DNA of 64,000 nucleotides from Alphaproteobacteria bacterium (GTDB lineage: Bacteria; Pseudomonadota; Alphaproteobacteria; RF32; CAG-239). Positions 37,231 to 48,442 of the stretch are shown piece by piece. The notes beneath the pieces are model-generated. The model searched no databases, was not told the origin of the DNA, and saw only the letters and a list, made by a program, of their open reading frames with translations. A program made the translations under genes and the position numbers. Numbering within the stretch: the stretch's first letter is position 1; the number at the start of each line of letters is the position of its first letter. Where the stretch lies: contig SUUV01000001.1 of assembly GCA_015062345.1 (NCBI GenBank), positions 21,588 through 85,587 on the forward strand. The letters are read 5' to 3'.

Positions 37231-38688
37231 TCAATTAGATTTATCTTTTACTGTAACATATTTTTGATTCGGAGCATGTGAAGAAGATTGAGTTCTGATA
37301 AGCAATCCTTTATCTATGAGTGGTTTTATAATTTTATTCATAAAATGAACTCTACTTGTATATTTAGAAATAGTCATAATTTCAACCAAAGATTTAGGCT
37401 CAATACAAAAATCTAATATTTTCTCTATAAGATATGTTACTTGATCACTTACTTGATCACTTACTTGATCACTTACTTGATTACTTACTCTATGTATAAT
37501 ATCATCAAAACAATTTATTTGCCAATCTAGTTTAAATACTGTTCCATCTGTCAACATCGGAGCATATCCTGCATATATTTTTGCATACTTAGCAATATTC
37601 CTAATGCCGGACCCAAGTTCTTCTGCCCAACCTATTTCCTTAAAAAAGCGCGCAATAACAGGATTTTTCGGATATGGTGTACTATTATCCGGATTAATAT
37701 TACCATAAATATATGGTTTATTTCCGTTTTCCGCATATATTTTATTCTTTTCAATAATTAATCTGGACGGATAATGATCTGTAAACTCTCTATGCATCAG
37801 AAAATTAATTGCAATTTCTCTAAATAAAATACTCCTCAAATCAACTCGAGCATCTCCTTCTAAATAAAACGGTGAAGGCAAATGCTTAGCAATAAACATC
37901 ATTATACGCTCATAGCTTTCTATAAGATTAGTTCTGATATCATCTCTATCATCATATCTTTCAATGTTTCTGATTCTTAAAATCAAATCTGTCTTATAGT
38001 GAGGTAAAACAGATTGAATAACTTCATCTTTTCCAAACAATAAAACACAAGCTAGTGTATATCCTTCTTTACCCGATAAATAATCTGTCTTATACAAACC
38101 GGCACTTTTTAACAGCTGTTCATTTGTAAGATTCTTCCAAGGATGGTCAGCCTTCCTGATTACAGCCATTGTACGACATTTGTTTATAACATCTTCTCTT
38201 AAATGATTTATGCTGATTCCGGAATAAATATCATTTTCTGAATATGTCTTATCTTTATTAGCATACAATTTTGCAATTTGCTTTGGTTGTTGAGTAATGT
38301 CAATATCTCCATCAGCAGCACTGCGTATATAGATTTTATTACAACAAAAATGAACTTCTGAACTTGCAGGAACAAGAATATATAAAATCTGTTTACCCTC
38401 GATTTTTATTTCTTCAACCGATAAATATAAAGGAGGATTAAATTTTGAGATATTATTTATGGTATTTGTAAAATCTTTCTTCATTTGAGCAATTTTATCT
38501 TTATCAATACCCAAAACTTCACCATTATCACTAACACCCAGTAAAATATGCCCTCCCAAAGTATTTGAAAAAGCACATACGGTTTCATAAATGCTTTTAG
38601 GTAACAATCCGTGTTGTGCGCTTTTAAATTCGGTTCTTATCCCTTCACCATGAGTTATAAGTGTTTTTATATTTTCAATCATCTGCAA
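37231..38688 (-). CDS. AlbA_2 (divergent AAA / Schlafen-like) domain protein with a C-terminal wHTH; putative DNA-binding regulator
   Basis: The N-terminus EGIRTEFKSAQHGLLPKSIYETVCAFSNTLGGHILLGVSDNGEVLGI is the classic AlbA_2 signature. The C-terminal winged helix is often annotated as RecG-C-terminal-like. It contains a (VSDQ)n repeat. Confidence 0.7.
   Translation of the reverse strand: MQMIENIKTLITHGEGIRTEFKSAQHGLLPKSIYETVCAFSNTLGGHILLGVSDNGEVLGIDKDKIAQMKKDFTNTINNISKFNPPLYLSVEEIKIEGKQILYILVPASSEVHFCCNKIYIRSAADGDIDITQQPKQIAKLYANKDKTYSENDIYSGISINHLREDVINKCRTMAVIRKADHPWKNLTNEQLLKSAGLYKTDYLSGKEGYTLACVLLFGKDEVIQSVLPHYKTDLILRIRNIERYDDRDDIRTNLIESYERIMMFIAKHLPSPFYLEGDARVDLRSILFREIAINFLMHREFTDHYPSRLIIEKNKIYAENGNKPYIYGNINPDNSTPYPKNPVIARFFKEIGWAEELGSGIRNIAKYAKIYAGYAPMLTDGTVFKLDWQINCFDDIIHRVSNQVSDQVSDQVSDQVTYLIEKILDFCIEPKSLVEIMTISKYTSRVHFMNKIIKPLIDKGLLIRTQSSSHAPNQKYVTVKDKSN
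37434..37489. repeat. in-frame 12-bp tandem repeat (ttacttgatcac, three perfect copies plus a degenerate fourth) encoding (VSDQ)n
   Basis: Direct reading gives gttacttgatcacttacttgatcacttacttgatcacttacttgattacttactc. Confidence 0.8.
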
Positions 38689-38780
38689 TCCTTTTTAACC
38701 TATACAAAAAAGGATAATCAATTATTTTAAAAAAGACAGAGAATTTTCCAAATTATCCTATCATAAATATTTTACTTTCT

Positions 38781-38920
38781 TTACCTCATTTTTGATTTAA
38801 ATTCTTTAAACGACTCTTTTTACTTGCAAAAAAAAAAAACGGTTTATGATGCGACATGAGAGGTAAATTTTTGCACCTTTCAAATGTACTTAAACTTAAT
38901 TTTTGTAAAGGAATTAAAAA
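38781..38920 (+). promoter_or_regulatory. conserved upstream module, copy C (proximal 140 bp only); A12 tract at 38828-38839
   Basis: cctcatttttgatttaaat...ctttttacttgc-A12-cggtttatgatgcg...; the distal hairpin region is absent. Confidence 0.7.
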
Positions 38921-39367
38921 ATGAGAAAATATTTTCTTTTGAGCGCAGTTGCACTCTTGGCAACAACCACCGCCAATGCAACCACAGACTATGCCGAAGT
39001 AACAGCTCGTGCAGAAATTCAAGTGGCTAATGAATCTGCTTGTGATGATATAGATTTTGGCACTATTGTTGTTAAGGACGGAAACGAAGCTTTTACTATC
39101 GGATTTTCAGGAATAACCGGTGACGGAGAATCTGATGTTATATCCGTTGGCGAATATACTAAGTATATTCATTGCACAAATATGGGAGATTCTGCAAATA
39201 TCGATGAAGAGACAATAATACTAAAAAATAAAACCGGTGATGAAATGTCATTACGTCTTATGGGTGGCATTCCTAGTGATGAAGAATTTGCTGTTTATCT
39301 TGATGTTCCGAACAATGTTCATTCGGGTGAGTATACCGCTTCATTTACAATTGCTATAACCTATTAA
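38921..39367 (+). CDS. SCPU/Csu-type fimbrial major subunit, paralog 3
   Basis: MRKYFLLSAVALLATTTANA signal peptide, a DFGTIVV motif, and a C-terminal GEYTASFTIAITY. Confidence 0.7.
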   Translation: MRKYFLLSAVALLATTTANATTDYAEVTARAEIQVANESACDDIDFGTIVVKDGNEAFTIGFSGITGDGESDVISVGEYTKYIHCTNMGDSANIDEETIILKNKTGDEMSLRLMGGIPSDEEFAVYLDVPNNVHSGEYTASFTIAITY

Positions 39368-39380
39368 TTAACCTAAATAA

Positions 39381-39418
39381 AACTCCGGAAAGTTTACCAC
39401 TCTCCGGAGTTTTATTTA
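39381..39418. terminator. bidirectional terminator
   Basis: actccgga-(14 nt)-tccggagt followed by a T-run, between convergent genes. Confidence 0.6.
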
Positions 39419-39433
39419 TAATTAAAATAAATC

Positions 39434-40729
<1,296 letters not shown>

Positions 40730-40870
40730 TTAATAAAAAAACACTGCCCATAACTTGGGACATTTTTTAGCCATTGTCAAGACCTAGCTAATATAAATCA
40801 CATTTTTTTGTTGTATTTAACAAACTTAGTCTTTATACTTACCACAGTTTTCAGCTTAAAGGAGGTTATT

Positions 40871-41338
40871 ATGTTTTCAAATAAGTGGCATTATCGTTTT
40901 ATGGAGCTTGCTTTTTTGATTTCCACATGGTCAAAAGACCCGTCAACCAAAACCGGTGCGGTTGTAGTCGGGCCGGACAGAGAAATTCGGGCTACCGGAT
41001 ATAACGGCTTGGTTCGAGGCGTTGATGACGATATCAAAGAACGCATGGAGCGCCCCACCAAGTATGATTTTTTTGAGCATGCCGAACGCAATGCCATATA
41101 CAATGCCTGCCTGACCGGAACTTCCTTAAAAGGTTGCATTTTATATGCTACTCACACACCTTGCACCGACTGCGCCCGAGCCATCATTCAATCGGGAATA
41201 AAAACCGTTGTTACCAACAAAATCATCATTGATGAAAACACTCCCAAAGGAACTTGGCGCGACAAATTGGAATTTTCGGCACAAATGTTCAAAGAAGCCG
41301 GTGTGGAATATATTGAACTCGACCCGCTCGAAAAATAA
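40871..41338 (+). CDS. dCMP deaminase (cytidine/deoxycytidylate deaminase zinc-binding family)
   Basis: HAERNAI...PCTDCARAI zinc motif. The start was moved to MFSNKWHYRF, which has an AAAGGAGG RBS. Confidence 0.8.
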   Translation: MFSNKWHYRFMELAFLISTWSKDPSTKTGAVVVGPDREIRATGYNGLVRGVDDDIKERMERPTKYDFFEHAERNAIYNACLTGTSLKGCILYATHTPCTDCARAIIQSGIKTVVTNKIIIDENTPKGTWRDKLEFSAQMFKEAGVEYIELDPLEK

Positions 41339-41427
41339 AAAAATTTATTATCCCCTTTAAATAATCGGTTTTGCAATTATATTTGCAAAGACTGATTTTT
41401 AGATGACAACAAAACAAGGGGGATAAA

Positions 41428-42054
41428 ATGAAAATCTTAATTGCTGATGACCACGCATTGTTCAGGGACGGACTTGCCATGCGTTTGGAGGAAATTAACC
41501 CCGACATAATTTTACATCAGGCAGCAACATTTTCCCAAGCCGTTAAAATTTTGGATAAAGAAAATGATATCAATATGATTATTGTCGATTTAGATATGCC
41601 GGATATGAAATGGGAAGACGGTATCAACGAGTTAAAAAACAAAGCTCCCGATGTTTCAATGGTTGTTATCTCCGCATCGGAAGACATCAGAAACATTCGC
41701 AAAATTTTAGCTACCGGCATTAAGGGTTACATTCCTAAACGCTCCGACCCCAAAATTATGCACAATGCCTTAAAGCTAATCTTAGAAGGAGGCACTTACA
41801 TTCCGCCGGCCCTGATTGAAAACACTTCCGAGAGCTCTGCAAGTTCGCATCGTTCAAACGGCAAAACCTTAACCAACCGTCAATCACAAGTTTTAGATTT
41901 AATTGCACAAGGAAAATCCAATAAACAAATTGCTTATGAAATGGGAGTGTCGGAGGCAACCGTAAAACTTCATATCAATGCTTTGTTGCGCTCCTTAAAA
42001 GTCAACAATCGCACGCAGGCAGTTGTTACTGCTCAAAAAATGGGCTTAATTTAA
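41428..42054 (+). CDS. two-component response regulator, NarL/FixJ (LuxR-type HTH) family
   Basis: Receiver domain (ILIADDHALFRDGL...DLDMPDM...) and a C-terminal LuxR HTH (LTNRQSQVLDLIAQGKSNKQIAYEMGVSEATVKLH). No adjacent histidine kinase is present. Confidence 0.85.
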   Translation: MKILIADDHALFRDGLAMRLEEINPDIILHQAATFSQAVKILDKENDINMIIVDLDMPDMKWEDGINELKNKAPDVSMVVISASEDIRNIRKILATGIKGYIPKRSDPKIMHNALKLILEGGTYIPPALIENTSESSASSHRSNGKTLTNRQSQVLDLIAQGKSNKQIAYEMGVSEATVKLHINALLRSLKVNNRTQAVVTAQKMGLI

Positions 42055-42055
42055 C

Positions 42056-43450
42056 TTACCTTGCCGCCACCAACGAAATTGAAGATATTGTATCGCCCAT
42101 ACCGACCAAGGTTATGGGCTTTTCAATTAATATGGTCGGTACCACAATTAAATCCCACTTAATGTAACGGCCGATTCCTTTTGTATCCAACTCATCTTGC
42201 CCGATTGATGTTGCCAAATTTGAGGCTTCAATCAGTCCGACATCGGAAACCGTATATCCGTGCGCAAACAACAAATTATCAATTGTTCCCGTACCGGCTT
42301 TAGCAGCCGCAACCGTTGAAGCGGTCATCATACCTTTTAAGTTTTGCTCAGGGCTGATTTTAAATCCGGTATCTTGCAATGTAATATAAAGCCCGAACAT
42401 ATGAAGTTGTATTCTCTTAACTTGCAATTTTTCCTTAATTTTTACAATTGCCGCAAACAAATTTTCGGCCGTTGTTTTGGCTTTGCAAAGACGAGCAAGT
42501 TTTTCTTCGCCTATAGCTTCTAAAACATCAATTGTTTCTCTTTCATTTATCCCGATTGAATCCATTAACGGCACAAGCAAATTGACAATGGCTTTGCGAA
42601 CTTCAAAATCTTGTGTTGATGCAATTTCCAAATGGAAAATTGCTTCTTTGTTGTTTTCTTTCCACTTTTTTAGTTCGGGTACAATGTTTTCAATTAATTT
42701 AACCCCGTCATTGTTTGAAGTTAAAGCATGAAAGCCCGATAAAATCACATACTCGGTTTTGTTTTTTTGCACATAGTCCATAAACGGTTTATCAATTACC
42801 AATTTCAAATTTAACGGGTCATATGTGGCTATAAATCTGTTTGATTTCGGAGATGTAAATTTTTTACCCTCAAGCAGTAAAACATCACCTCGGTCAAACT
42901 CAATAATCCAATGAATAAGCGCCACATCGTTTTCACGATTTATACTATATGCGGGTGCCAAATTGCCGTTTTCATCAAACGAAAGCAGATTATCTTTTTT
43001 AACAAACTGTTCGGCCTGAAGTTTAGGCAAAGAGTTTGTATGTGCCACAACTTTTTTGATGCCGACCGTTGCCAAAGCATTGGCCACAATTCCGCCCTGC
43101 CCGCCAATTTGAAGCCTGTCATAACCGATGTTGTCATTGAGCCAATCATAAACATCTTTATCTTCGGTTATCCATTCTTCGGCAATTCCGTTGGTAAAGC
43201 ATTTAAAAATGCCTTTTACCACATCTTGCGGAGTATAAATTTTTGTTTGCTTAATGTCTTGCAAATCATGTAAGCTCAAATTTAATTCTTCAATAAGTTT
43301 TTTCAAATTTTGAGCCGACATTTTTATCACCGCATCAATATTTGCATTAAAGGCGGTAACTGCCGAATTTATGTTTTTTAACTCTTTTAATTGCTCAGGT
43401 ACGATTTTATATTTTTCAAGCCAAATTTTTTTCAAATCAGCAGTATCCAT
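42056..43450 (-). CDS. ADP-dependent sugar kinase (ADP-glucokinase/phosphofructokinase family, archaeal type)
   Basis: Family motifs are present: AFNANIDAV near the N-terminus, GGQGGIVANALA, and a C-terminal VGMGDTISS. The protein is 464 aa. Confidence 0.7.
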   Translation of the reverse strand: MDTADLKKIWLEKYKIVPEQLKELKNINSAVTAFNANIDAVIKMSAQNLKKLIEELNLSLHDLQDIKQTKIYTPQDVVKGIFKCFTNGIAEEWITEDKDVYDWLNDNIGYDRLQIGGQGGIVANALATVGIKKVVAHTNSLPKLQAEQFVKKDNLLSFDENGNLAPAYSINRENDVALIHWIIEFDRGDVLLLEGKKFTSPKSNRFIATYDPLNLKLVIDKPFMDYVQKNKTEYVILSGFHALTSNNDGVKLIENIVPELKKWKENNKEAIFHLEIASTQDFEVRKAIVNLLVPLMDSIGINERETIDVLEAIGEEKLARLCKAKTTAENLFAAIVKIKEKLQVKRIQLHMFGLYITLQDTGFKISPEQNLKGMMTASTVAAAKAGTGTIDNLLFAHGYTVSDVGLIEASNLATSIGQDELDTKGIGRYIKWDLIVVPTILIEKPITLVGMGDTISSISLVAAR

Positions 43451-43471
43451 AATTTATCTCCATAATTTTAT

Positions 43472-44809
43472 TTATTTTTTATCGGCAAAAAGTTGCCACT
43501 CAAAACTTCCGACTTCATCACATTTTTTACAATAAGCATGCCATTTTGAAGATATATTTCCGCAAGTTGAACACACCCAAACATCATCTTCCAAACAAGA
43601 TGTTGCTTTTTTCTTCCAATTATCCGCTGCTTTTTCATTGTTGTTTGCATGCTTTTCATAATAAGCAATGGTCTTGGCCATTTTTTTGGTTGCCGGATTA
43701 TTAATCAAGAATACTTCAAACTCATTTCTTGCCTTATTCCACAATCCGGCTTTACAATATAAATCAGCTAAAATCATATTGTTAACCGACGAATTTTTAC
43801 CGTTGGTCAAAGCCAAGCTCTCCATTTTTTGCACTTTTTCCGTTATGCTGTCTTCCGGCCACAAAGCAAGATAAGCTTTGGCAACCTCAAGTGTCGGATT
43901 TAAGCGCCAAACTCGGCTTAATACCTTAGCTGCTTTTCTTATTTGCTTATCATTTTGAACATAATATTCGGCCATCAAAAGAGCTGCCGGCACAAAATCG
44001 AAAGCGCATTCAAGTGCTTGCGAACAAAACTTAAAACAATTTACATTATCATCTTTTTCTTTTGCGGATTTAGCCAACTCATACAAAACCACCGCCTTAA
44101 ATTTTTGATAATTTTCTTTATTGATAATGTCTTTTTTAAAACCCGAATTTAAAACCTGCAAAGCACCTTCAAAATCGCCCGATTTAACTCGCAGATTAAA
44201 CGCACTTTCAATTACCCAATATAAATCTTGCCTAACCTGATATGCTTTGTTGGCGGTTTTTAGCGCTTCGGCAAATTGTTTTTTTTGCATTTTGGCTTCA
44301 ATATCCGCCTTAAAACCTACAAGCTTTAAGTTTGGGTTGCTTTCAAGTTTTGCCGACAATTCTTCCATCTTGTCAAAATTTTTCTCGCCTTTATATATTT
44401 TTAAAAGCAGAATATCAATTAAGACATCATCACCGATAATTTTTTTCAAATCTGCTAAATTTACTTTTGCTTTTTCCAAATCGCCCTGCGTAATTAAAAC
44501 CATGGAATCTACCAACAGCATCATGGCTTTGTTTACTTCTTTGCGATTTAATACAATAGTCTCATCATCGGAAATGTTTTTGGCATAACATAAAGCTTCT
44601 TTTTGTTGTTTTTGCAAAACTTTGTGCAAAACAAAATTTGCCGACATAACAAACAGGACAACCCCCATTAATCCAAACAAAACCGCAAACAACGGTAAAA
44701 TTGTTTCAAACGAACGCCAAGAGATATAGGCAATTGCACCCCTGTCTGCCTCCCATACAAGCAAAATCAAAAAAGCAAAAATTCCAAAAAATGTCAGATT
44801 TTTTTTCAT
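43472..44809 (-). CDS. HemY-N-like TPR membrane protein
   Basis: Two N-terminal TM helices, TPR repeats, and a C-terminal Cys4 zinc ribbon (CSTCGN...CKKCDE). Confidence 0.55.
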   Translation of the reverse strand: MKKNLTFFGIFAFLILLVWEADRGAIAYISWRSFETILPLFAVLFGLMGVVLFVMSANFVLHKVLQKQQKEALCYAKNISDDETIVLNRKEVNKAMMLLVDSMVLITQGDLEKAKVNLADLKKIIGDDVLIDILLLKIYKGEKNFDKMEELSAKLESNPNLKLVGFKADIEAKMQKKQFAEALKTANKAYQVRQDLYWVIESAFNLRVKSGDFEGALQVLNSGFKKDIINKENYQKFKAVVLYELAKSAKEKDDNVNCFKFCSQALECAFDFVPAALLMAEYYVQNDKQIRKAAKVLSRVWRLNPTLEVAKAYLALWPEDSITEKVQKMESLALTNGKNSSVNNMILADLYCKAGLWNKARNEFEVFLINNPATKKMAKTIAYYEKHANNNEKAADNWKKKATSCLEDDVWVCSTCGNISSKWHAYCKKCDEVGSFEWQLFADKK

Positions 44810-44824
44810 ATTTACCTCACCGGT

Positions 44825-45802
44825 TTATTGTTGATTTTGCAAACTTTCGGCTTTCATAAAAGCAAGAGTTTGAATTCTTATCAAGTCAAGAGCCTGTTCC
44901 AATTTTTGCAAAGTCAAAACTTTTTGCTCCCATACTTTAAAATCTTCCATGTTGTACGATTCGTTTTGTTTCATTTTTTCAATTGCCAATGTAAGATATC
45001 CTTCATTTACAAGCTGATATACCTCATCAACGGGCAAAGCGGCCTGAGTTGTTTTTTCTTTGTCCTGATGTTTTTCAATGACCACCAACTCGTTTAATTT
45101 TGAGGTAATTTTTTCTTTCCAATTTGCCGGTTGCTCATCGGTATCGGCTTCATTGTTTTCTTTTGTTACAACATTTTTTTGCATATTGTCATAAAGCTTG
45201 TTAAATTCGGCAATTAATTTTTTCTGACAAACAACTCCATTTAAAGCAACCTCATAAATATCCTCACTTGCTTTTTGCATGGTCGTACCCATTGCTAAAT
45301 GCTTTAATACTTCGGCTTCATATACAAAATTTTGCTTATAAGCATTGTCTTTTACAAGCATGGCTGCCGTTAAAATAAGCGCCCCTTGTGAAGTTGCTTT
45401 GCCTAAATTTTTGGTCACGGATTCTAAACCGTCAACTCTGCCGACCAACCCAAGCACAACCGATGTATCGGCTTTTGCATCAAGAATTTTTTCATTAAAC
45501 TTTGACACCATATCAATTTTATCATTAAGCATCGCCAAATCTTTGCGTGAAACCCCATCTTTTGGCGCATTTTCCAAGCTACTGATTTTGCGTTCAAGCA
45601 CACCTATTTTGTTTTGCAAAAGCACAATAGCTTCCGATTCTTTATTTTGAGATTTAAAAACATTGGCAAAATCAGGGTTTTTATACCACAAATATGCACC
45701 GGCTCCACAGACCGATAATAGAACAAAACCTAAAACCAGACCTTTGTAAGACACTGATTTTGCTTGTTTAACTTCATTTTTAGTTTCTATATTTTCAACC
45801 AT
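44825..45802 (-). CDS. HemX-like membrane-anchored coiled-coil protein
   Basis: A single N-terminal TM helix followed by a long coiled coil. It lies immediately upstream of the HemY-like gene, as in the hemX-hemY pairing. Confidence 0.4.
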   Translation of the reverse strand: MVENIETKNEVKQAKSVSYKGLVLGFVLLSVCGAGAYLWYKNPDFANVFKSQNKESEAIVLLQNKIGVLERKISSLENAPKDGVSRKDLAMLNDKIDMVSKFNEKILDAKADTSVVLGLVGRVDGLESVTKNLGKATSQGALILTAAMLVKDNAYKQNFVYEAEVLKHLAMGTTMQKASEDIYEVALNGVVCQKKLIAEFNKLYDNMQKNVVTKENNEADTDEQPANWKEKITSKLNELVVIEKHQDKEKTTQAALPVDEVYQLVNEGYLTLAIEKMKQNESYNMEDFKVWEQKVLTLQKLEQALDLIRIQTLAFMKAESLQNQQ

Positions 45803-45896
45803 TTTATAATCCTTATGTAAAAATTCTTGGCAACAATATTTTTATAGTTTATATAATTATAAAAAAACTGCAATAAAATACCTCGGATTATACAAT

Positions 45897-46973
45897 ATGA
45901 TTGTTTTAGGAATTGAAAGTAGCTGTGATGAAACCGCCTGCGCCATTGTCAACGAAAAAAGACAAATTTTGGGGCATAGTGTTTTATCCCAACAAGAGCA
46001 CAAAGCATTTGGCGGCGTTGTACCTGAAATTGCCGCTCGTGCACATTTGGAACACATTGATGAAATTATTGAAGCAACCGTTAAAAAAGCAAACATCTCG
46101 CTTGAAGATGTAGATGCCATAGCTGCGGCATCGGGACCGGGATTAATCGGCGGAGTGGTAGTCGGGGTGATGGCCGCAAAGGCGCTTGCCCTTGCTTTAA
46201 ACAAACCTTTTGTTGCCGTCAATCACTTAGAGGGCCATGCCCTATGTGCCAGACTTTCAAACGATGTACAATATCCGTATTTATTGTTGTTGGTATCGGG
46301 CGGACACTGTCAGATACTCATTGTTAAAGATGTCGGCGAATATGAGCGCTTAGGCACAACCATTGATGATGCCGCCGGCGAAGCTTTTGATAAGGTAGCC
46401 AAAATGTTAGGGCTTGGGTACCCAGGAGGCCCGATGATTGAAAAAAGAGCCGCTGTCGGAAACGAGACCAGATTTTCGCTTCCTCGCCCGTTGATTGGCT
46501 CTCAAGATTGCAATTTGTCGTTTTCGGGCTTAAAAACCGCCGTCAGAAAACTTATAGAGTCATATTCTCCCGACGCAACATTGGAACATGCCAATATTCC
46601 CTCTCAAGACATTGATGACATATGCGCTTGTTTTCAATATGCCGCAACCGATTGCTTGGTCAGAAAACTCAAAAGAGCAATTTCAATATTTAAACAAAAA
46701 TACCCCTTAGGAAAAGATTTGGTTGTATCGGGCGGAGTTGCTGCCAACACATATTTAAGAACGGCTTTGCAAAATTTGGCTCAACAAACCGGACTGATTT
46801 TTTCGGCTCCGCCGATTCGTTTTTGCACCGATAACGGTGTTATGATAGCTTGGGCCGGACTTGAAAGGTTTGAAAAAGGCTATATCAATGAGCTTGATTT
46901 TAAACCCAGACCTCGTTGGCCTTTAGATGAAAATGCACCCAAAGCCGCCGGTGCCGGAGGAGTGAAAGCTTGA
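45897..46973 (+). CDS. tsaD: tRNA N6-adenosine threonylcarbamoyltransferase TsaD (Kae1/Gcp)
   Basis: MIVLGIESSCDETACAIV...; HxxGH metal site (NHLEGHAL). Confidence 0.9.
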   Translation: MIVLGIESSCDETACAIVNEKRQILGHSVLSQQEHKAFGGVVPEIAARAHLEHIDEIIEATVKKANISLEDVDAIAAASGPGLIGGVVVGVMAAKALALALNKPFVAVNHLEGHALCARLSNDVQYPYLLLLVSGGHCQILIVKDVGEYERLGTTIDDAAGEAFDKVAKMLGLGYPGGPMIEKRAAVGNETRFSLPRPLIGSQDCNLSFSGLKTAVRKLIESYSPDATLEHANIPSQDIDDICACFQYAATDCLVRKLKRAISIFKQKYPLGKDLVVSGGVAANTYLRTALQNLAQQTGLIFSAPPIRFCTDNGVMIAWAGLERFEKGYINELDFKPRPRWPLDENAPKAAGAGGVKA

Positions 46974-47605
46974 GAAACAAAGACGAAGCCACACAAATTG
47001 TAAAAATTTTTGAAAAGCTTAATCCGAACCCGCAATGTGAGCTCAATTTTTGCAATGCTTACACTTTGCTTATTGCAGTTGTTTTATCGGCGCAAAGCAC
47101 CGACAAAGGTGTAAACAAAGCAACCGCACAATTGTTTAAAATTGCCGATTCGCCACAAAAAATGTTAGCTCTGGGCATTGACGGCTTAAAAGAACATATC
47201 AAAACCATCGGACTTTATAACAACAAAGCTAAAAGCATTATGTCTTTAAGCCAAGATTTGGTAACAAAATTTAACGGCCAAGTTCCGCAAAATCGTCACG
47301 ATTTGGAAAGTCTTGCCGGTGTCGGCAGAAAAACCGCAAATGTTGTGCTTAATGTGTGGTTTAATCAACCGACCATCGCCGTTGATACGCATGTTTTTCG
47401 CATTGCGCACCGCTTAAATTTGAGCGTTGGCAAAACTCCAAATGATGTTGAGCAAGATTTAGTTCGGCTTTTAGAACCTAAATATGCAAAAAATGCAAAC
47501 CATTGGTTTGTTTTGTTCGGAAGATATACCTGTAAAGCACTCAAACCGCTTTGCAAAACCTGTCCCATAAGCCATTTGTGCAATTCAGAAGATAAGAAAC
47601 ACTAA
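46970..47605 (+). CDS. nth: endonuclease III
   Basis: HhH-GPD fold (LAGVGRKTANVVL) with a C-terminal 4Fe-4S cluster C-x6-C-x2-C-x5-C (CKALKPLCKTCPISHLC). Confidence 0.9.
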   Translation: MRNKDEATQIVKIFEKLNPNPQCELNFCNAYTLLIAVVLSAQSTDKGVNKATAQLFKIADSPQKMLALGIDGLKEHIKTIGLYNNKAKSIMSLSQDLVTKFNGQVPQNRHDLESLAGVGRKTANVVLNVWFNQPTIAVDTHVFRIAHRLNLSVGKTPNDVEQDLVRLLEPKYAKNANHWFVLFGRYTCKALKPLCKTCPISHLCNSEDKKH

Positions 47606-47647
47606 ATAAAACAGAAGTTCTGTTTAGTGTATTTTATTAAAAGTCAG

Positions 47648-47956
47648 AAAATATTTGTTTTTTCTCCTCATACTTTGCAACATACCTCCTCACTGTCACT
47701 CCGGCACTTGATGCCGGAGTCCAGGTTAAATTATATAGCTAAATTATTCCCTGGATACCGGTGTCTATTCCAAGCTAAAGCTTGTGCACCGATATGACCG
47801 TGATGAGAGACAACACTTCTACCTCATTTTTGATTTAAATCTTTTAAACGACTCTTTTTACTTGCAAAAAAAAAAACGGTTTATGATGCGTATTGAAAGG
47901 TAAATTTTTGTACCTTTCAAATTAAGTTAAACTATTTTTGTAAAGGAATTTTAAAA
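47648..47956 (+). promoter_or_regulatory. conserved upstream module, copy D; A11 tract at 47866-47876
   Basis: Aligns along its full length with copy A and with the reverse complement of copy B. It starts right after the nth terminator. Confidence 0.75.
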
Positions 47957-48400
47957 ATGAGAAAATATTTTCTTTTGAGCGCTGTTGCCCTCTTGGCTGC
48001 AACATCTGCAAATGCCGGAACTGATTATGCCGAAGTAACTGCTAAGGCTACAATTCAAGTAGCAAGTAAATTTACTTGTTCTGATTTAGATTTTGGTACA
48101 CTTGTTTTTAAACAAGGTAATGAGGCTTTTAATTACGGTATAGATGGATATTTTTCAGCAACCAATACACATAAAGACTTGATTTCTGCAAGCGGAATAA
48201 GTTTTAGTTGCGAAATGCCGAAAAATCCACAAGTTGAAGTTGCTGATATAACCTTAAAAAATGAAAATTCTGATGAACTCACTCTTAATTTGATGTTAGG
48301 AATGACCAATGAATTTTACTATGAGCCACAACTTAAAATCCCTGCCAATGTTCAACCGGGTACATATACGGGAACATTTACCATTACAATTGTAAATTAA
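47957..48400 (+). CDS. SCPU/Csu-type fimbrial major subunit, paralog 4
   Basis: MRKYFLLSAVALLAATSANA signal peptide, a DFGTLVF motif, and a C-terminal GTYTGTFTITIVN. Confidence 0.7.
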   Translation: MRKYFLLSAVALLAATSANAGTDYAEVTAKATIQVASKFTCSDLDFGTLVFKQGNEAFNYGIDGYFSATNTHKDLISASGISFSCEMPKNPQVEVADITLKNENSDELTLNLMLGMTNEFYYEPQLKIPANVQPGTYTGTFTITIVN

Positions 48401-48412
48401 GAACACACCTAT

Positions 48413-48442
48413 AAAAAAGCCCCGAGAAATCGGGGCTTTTTC
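48413..48442. terminator. bidirectional Rho-independent terminator
   Basis: A5-gccccga-gaaa-tcggggc-T5. Confidence 0.7.
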
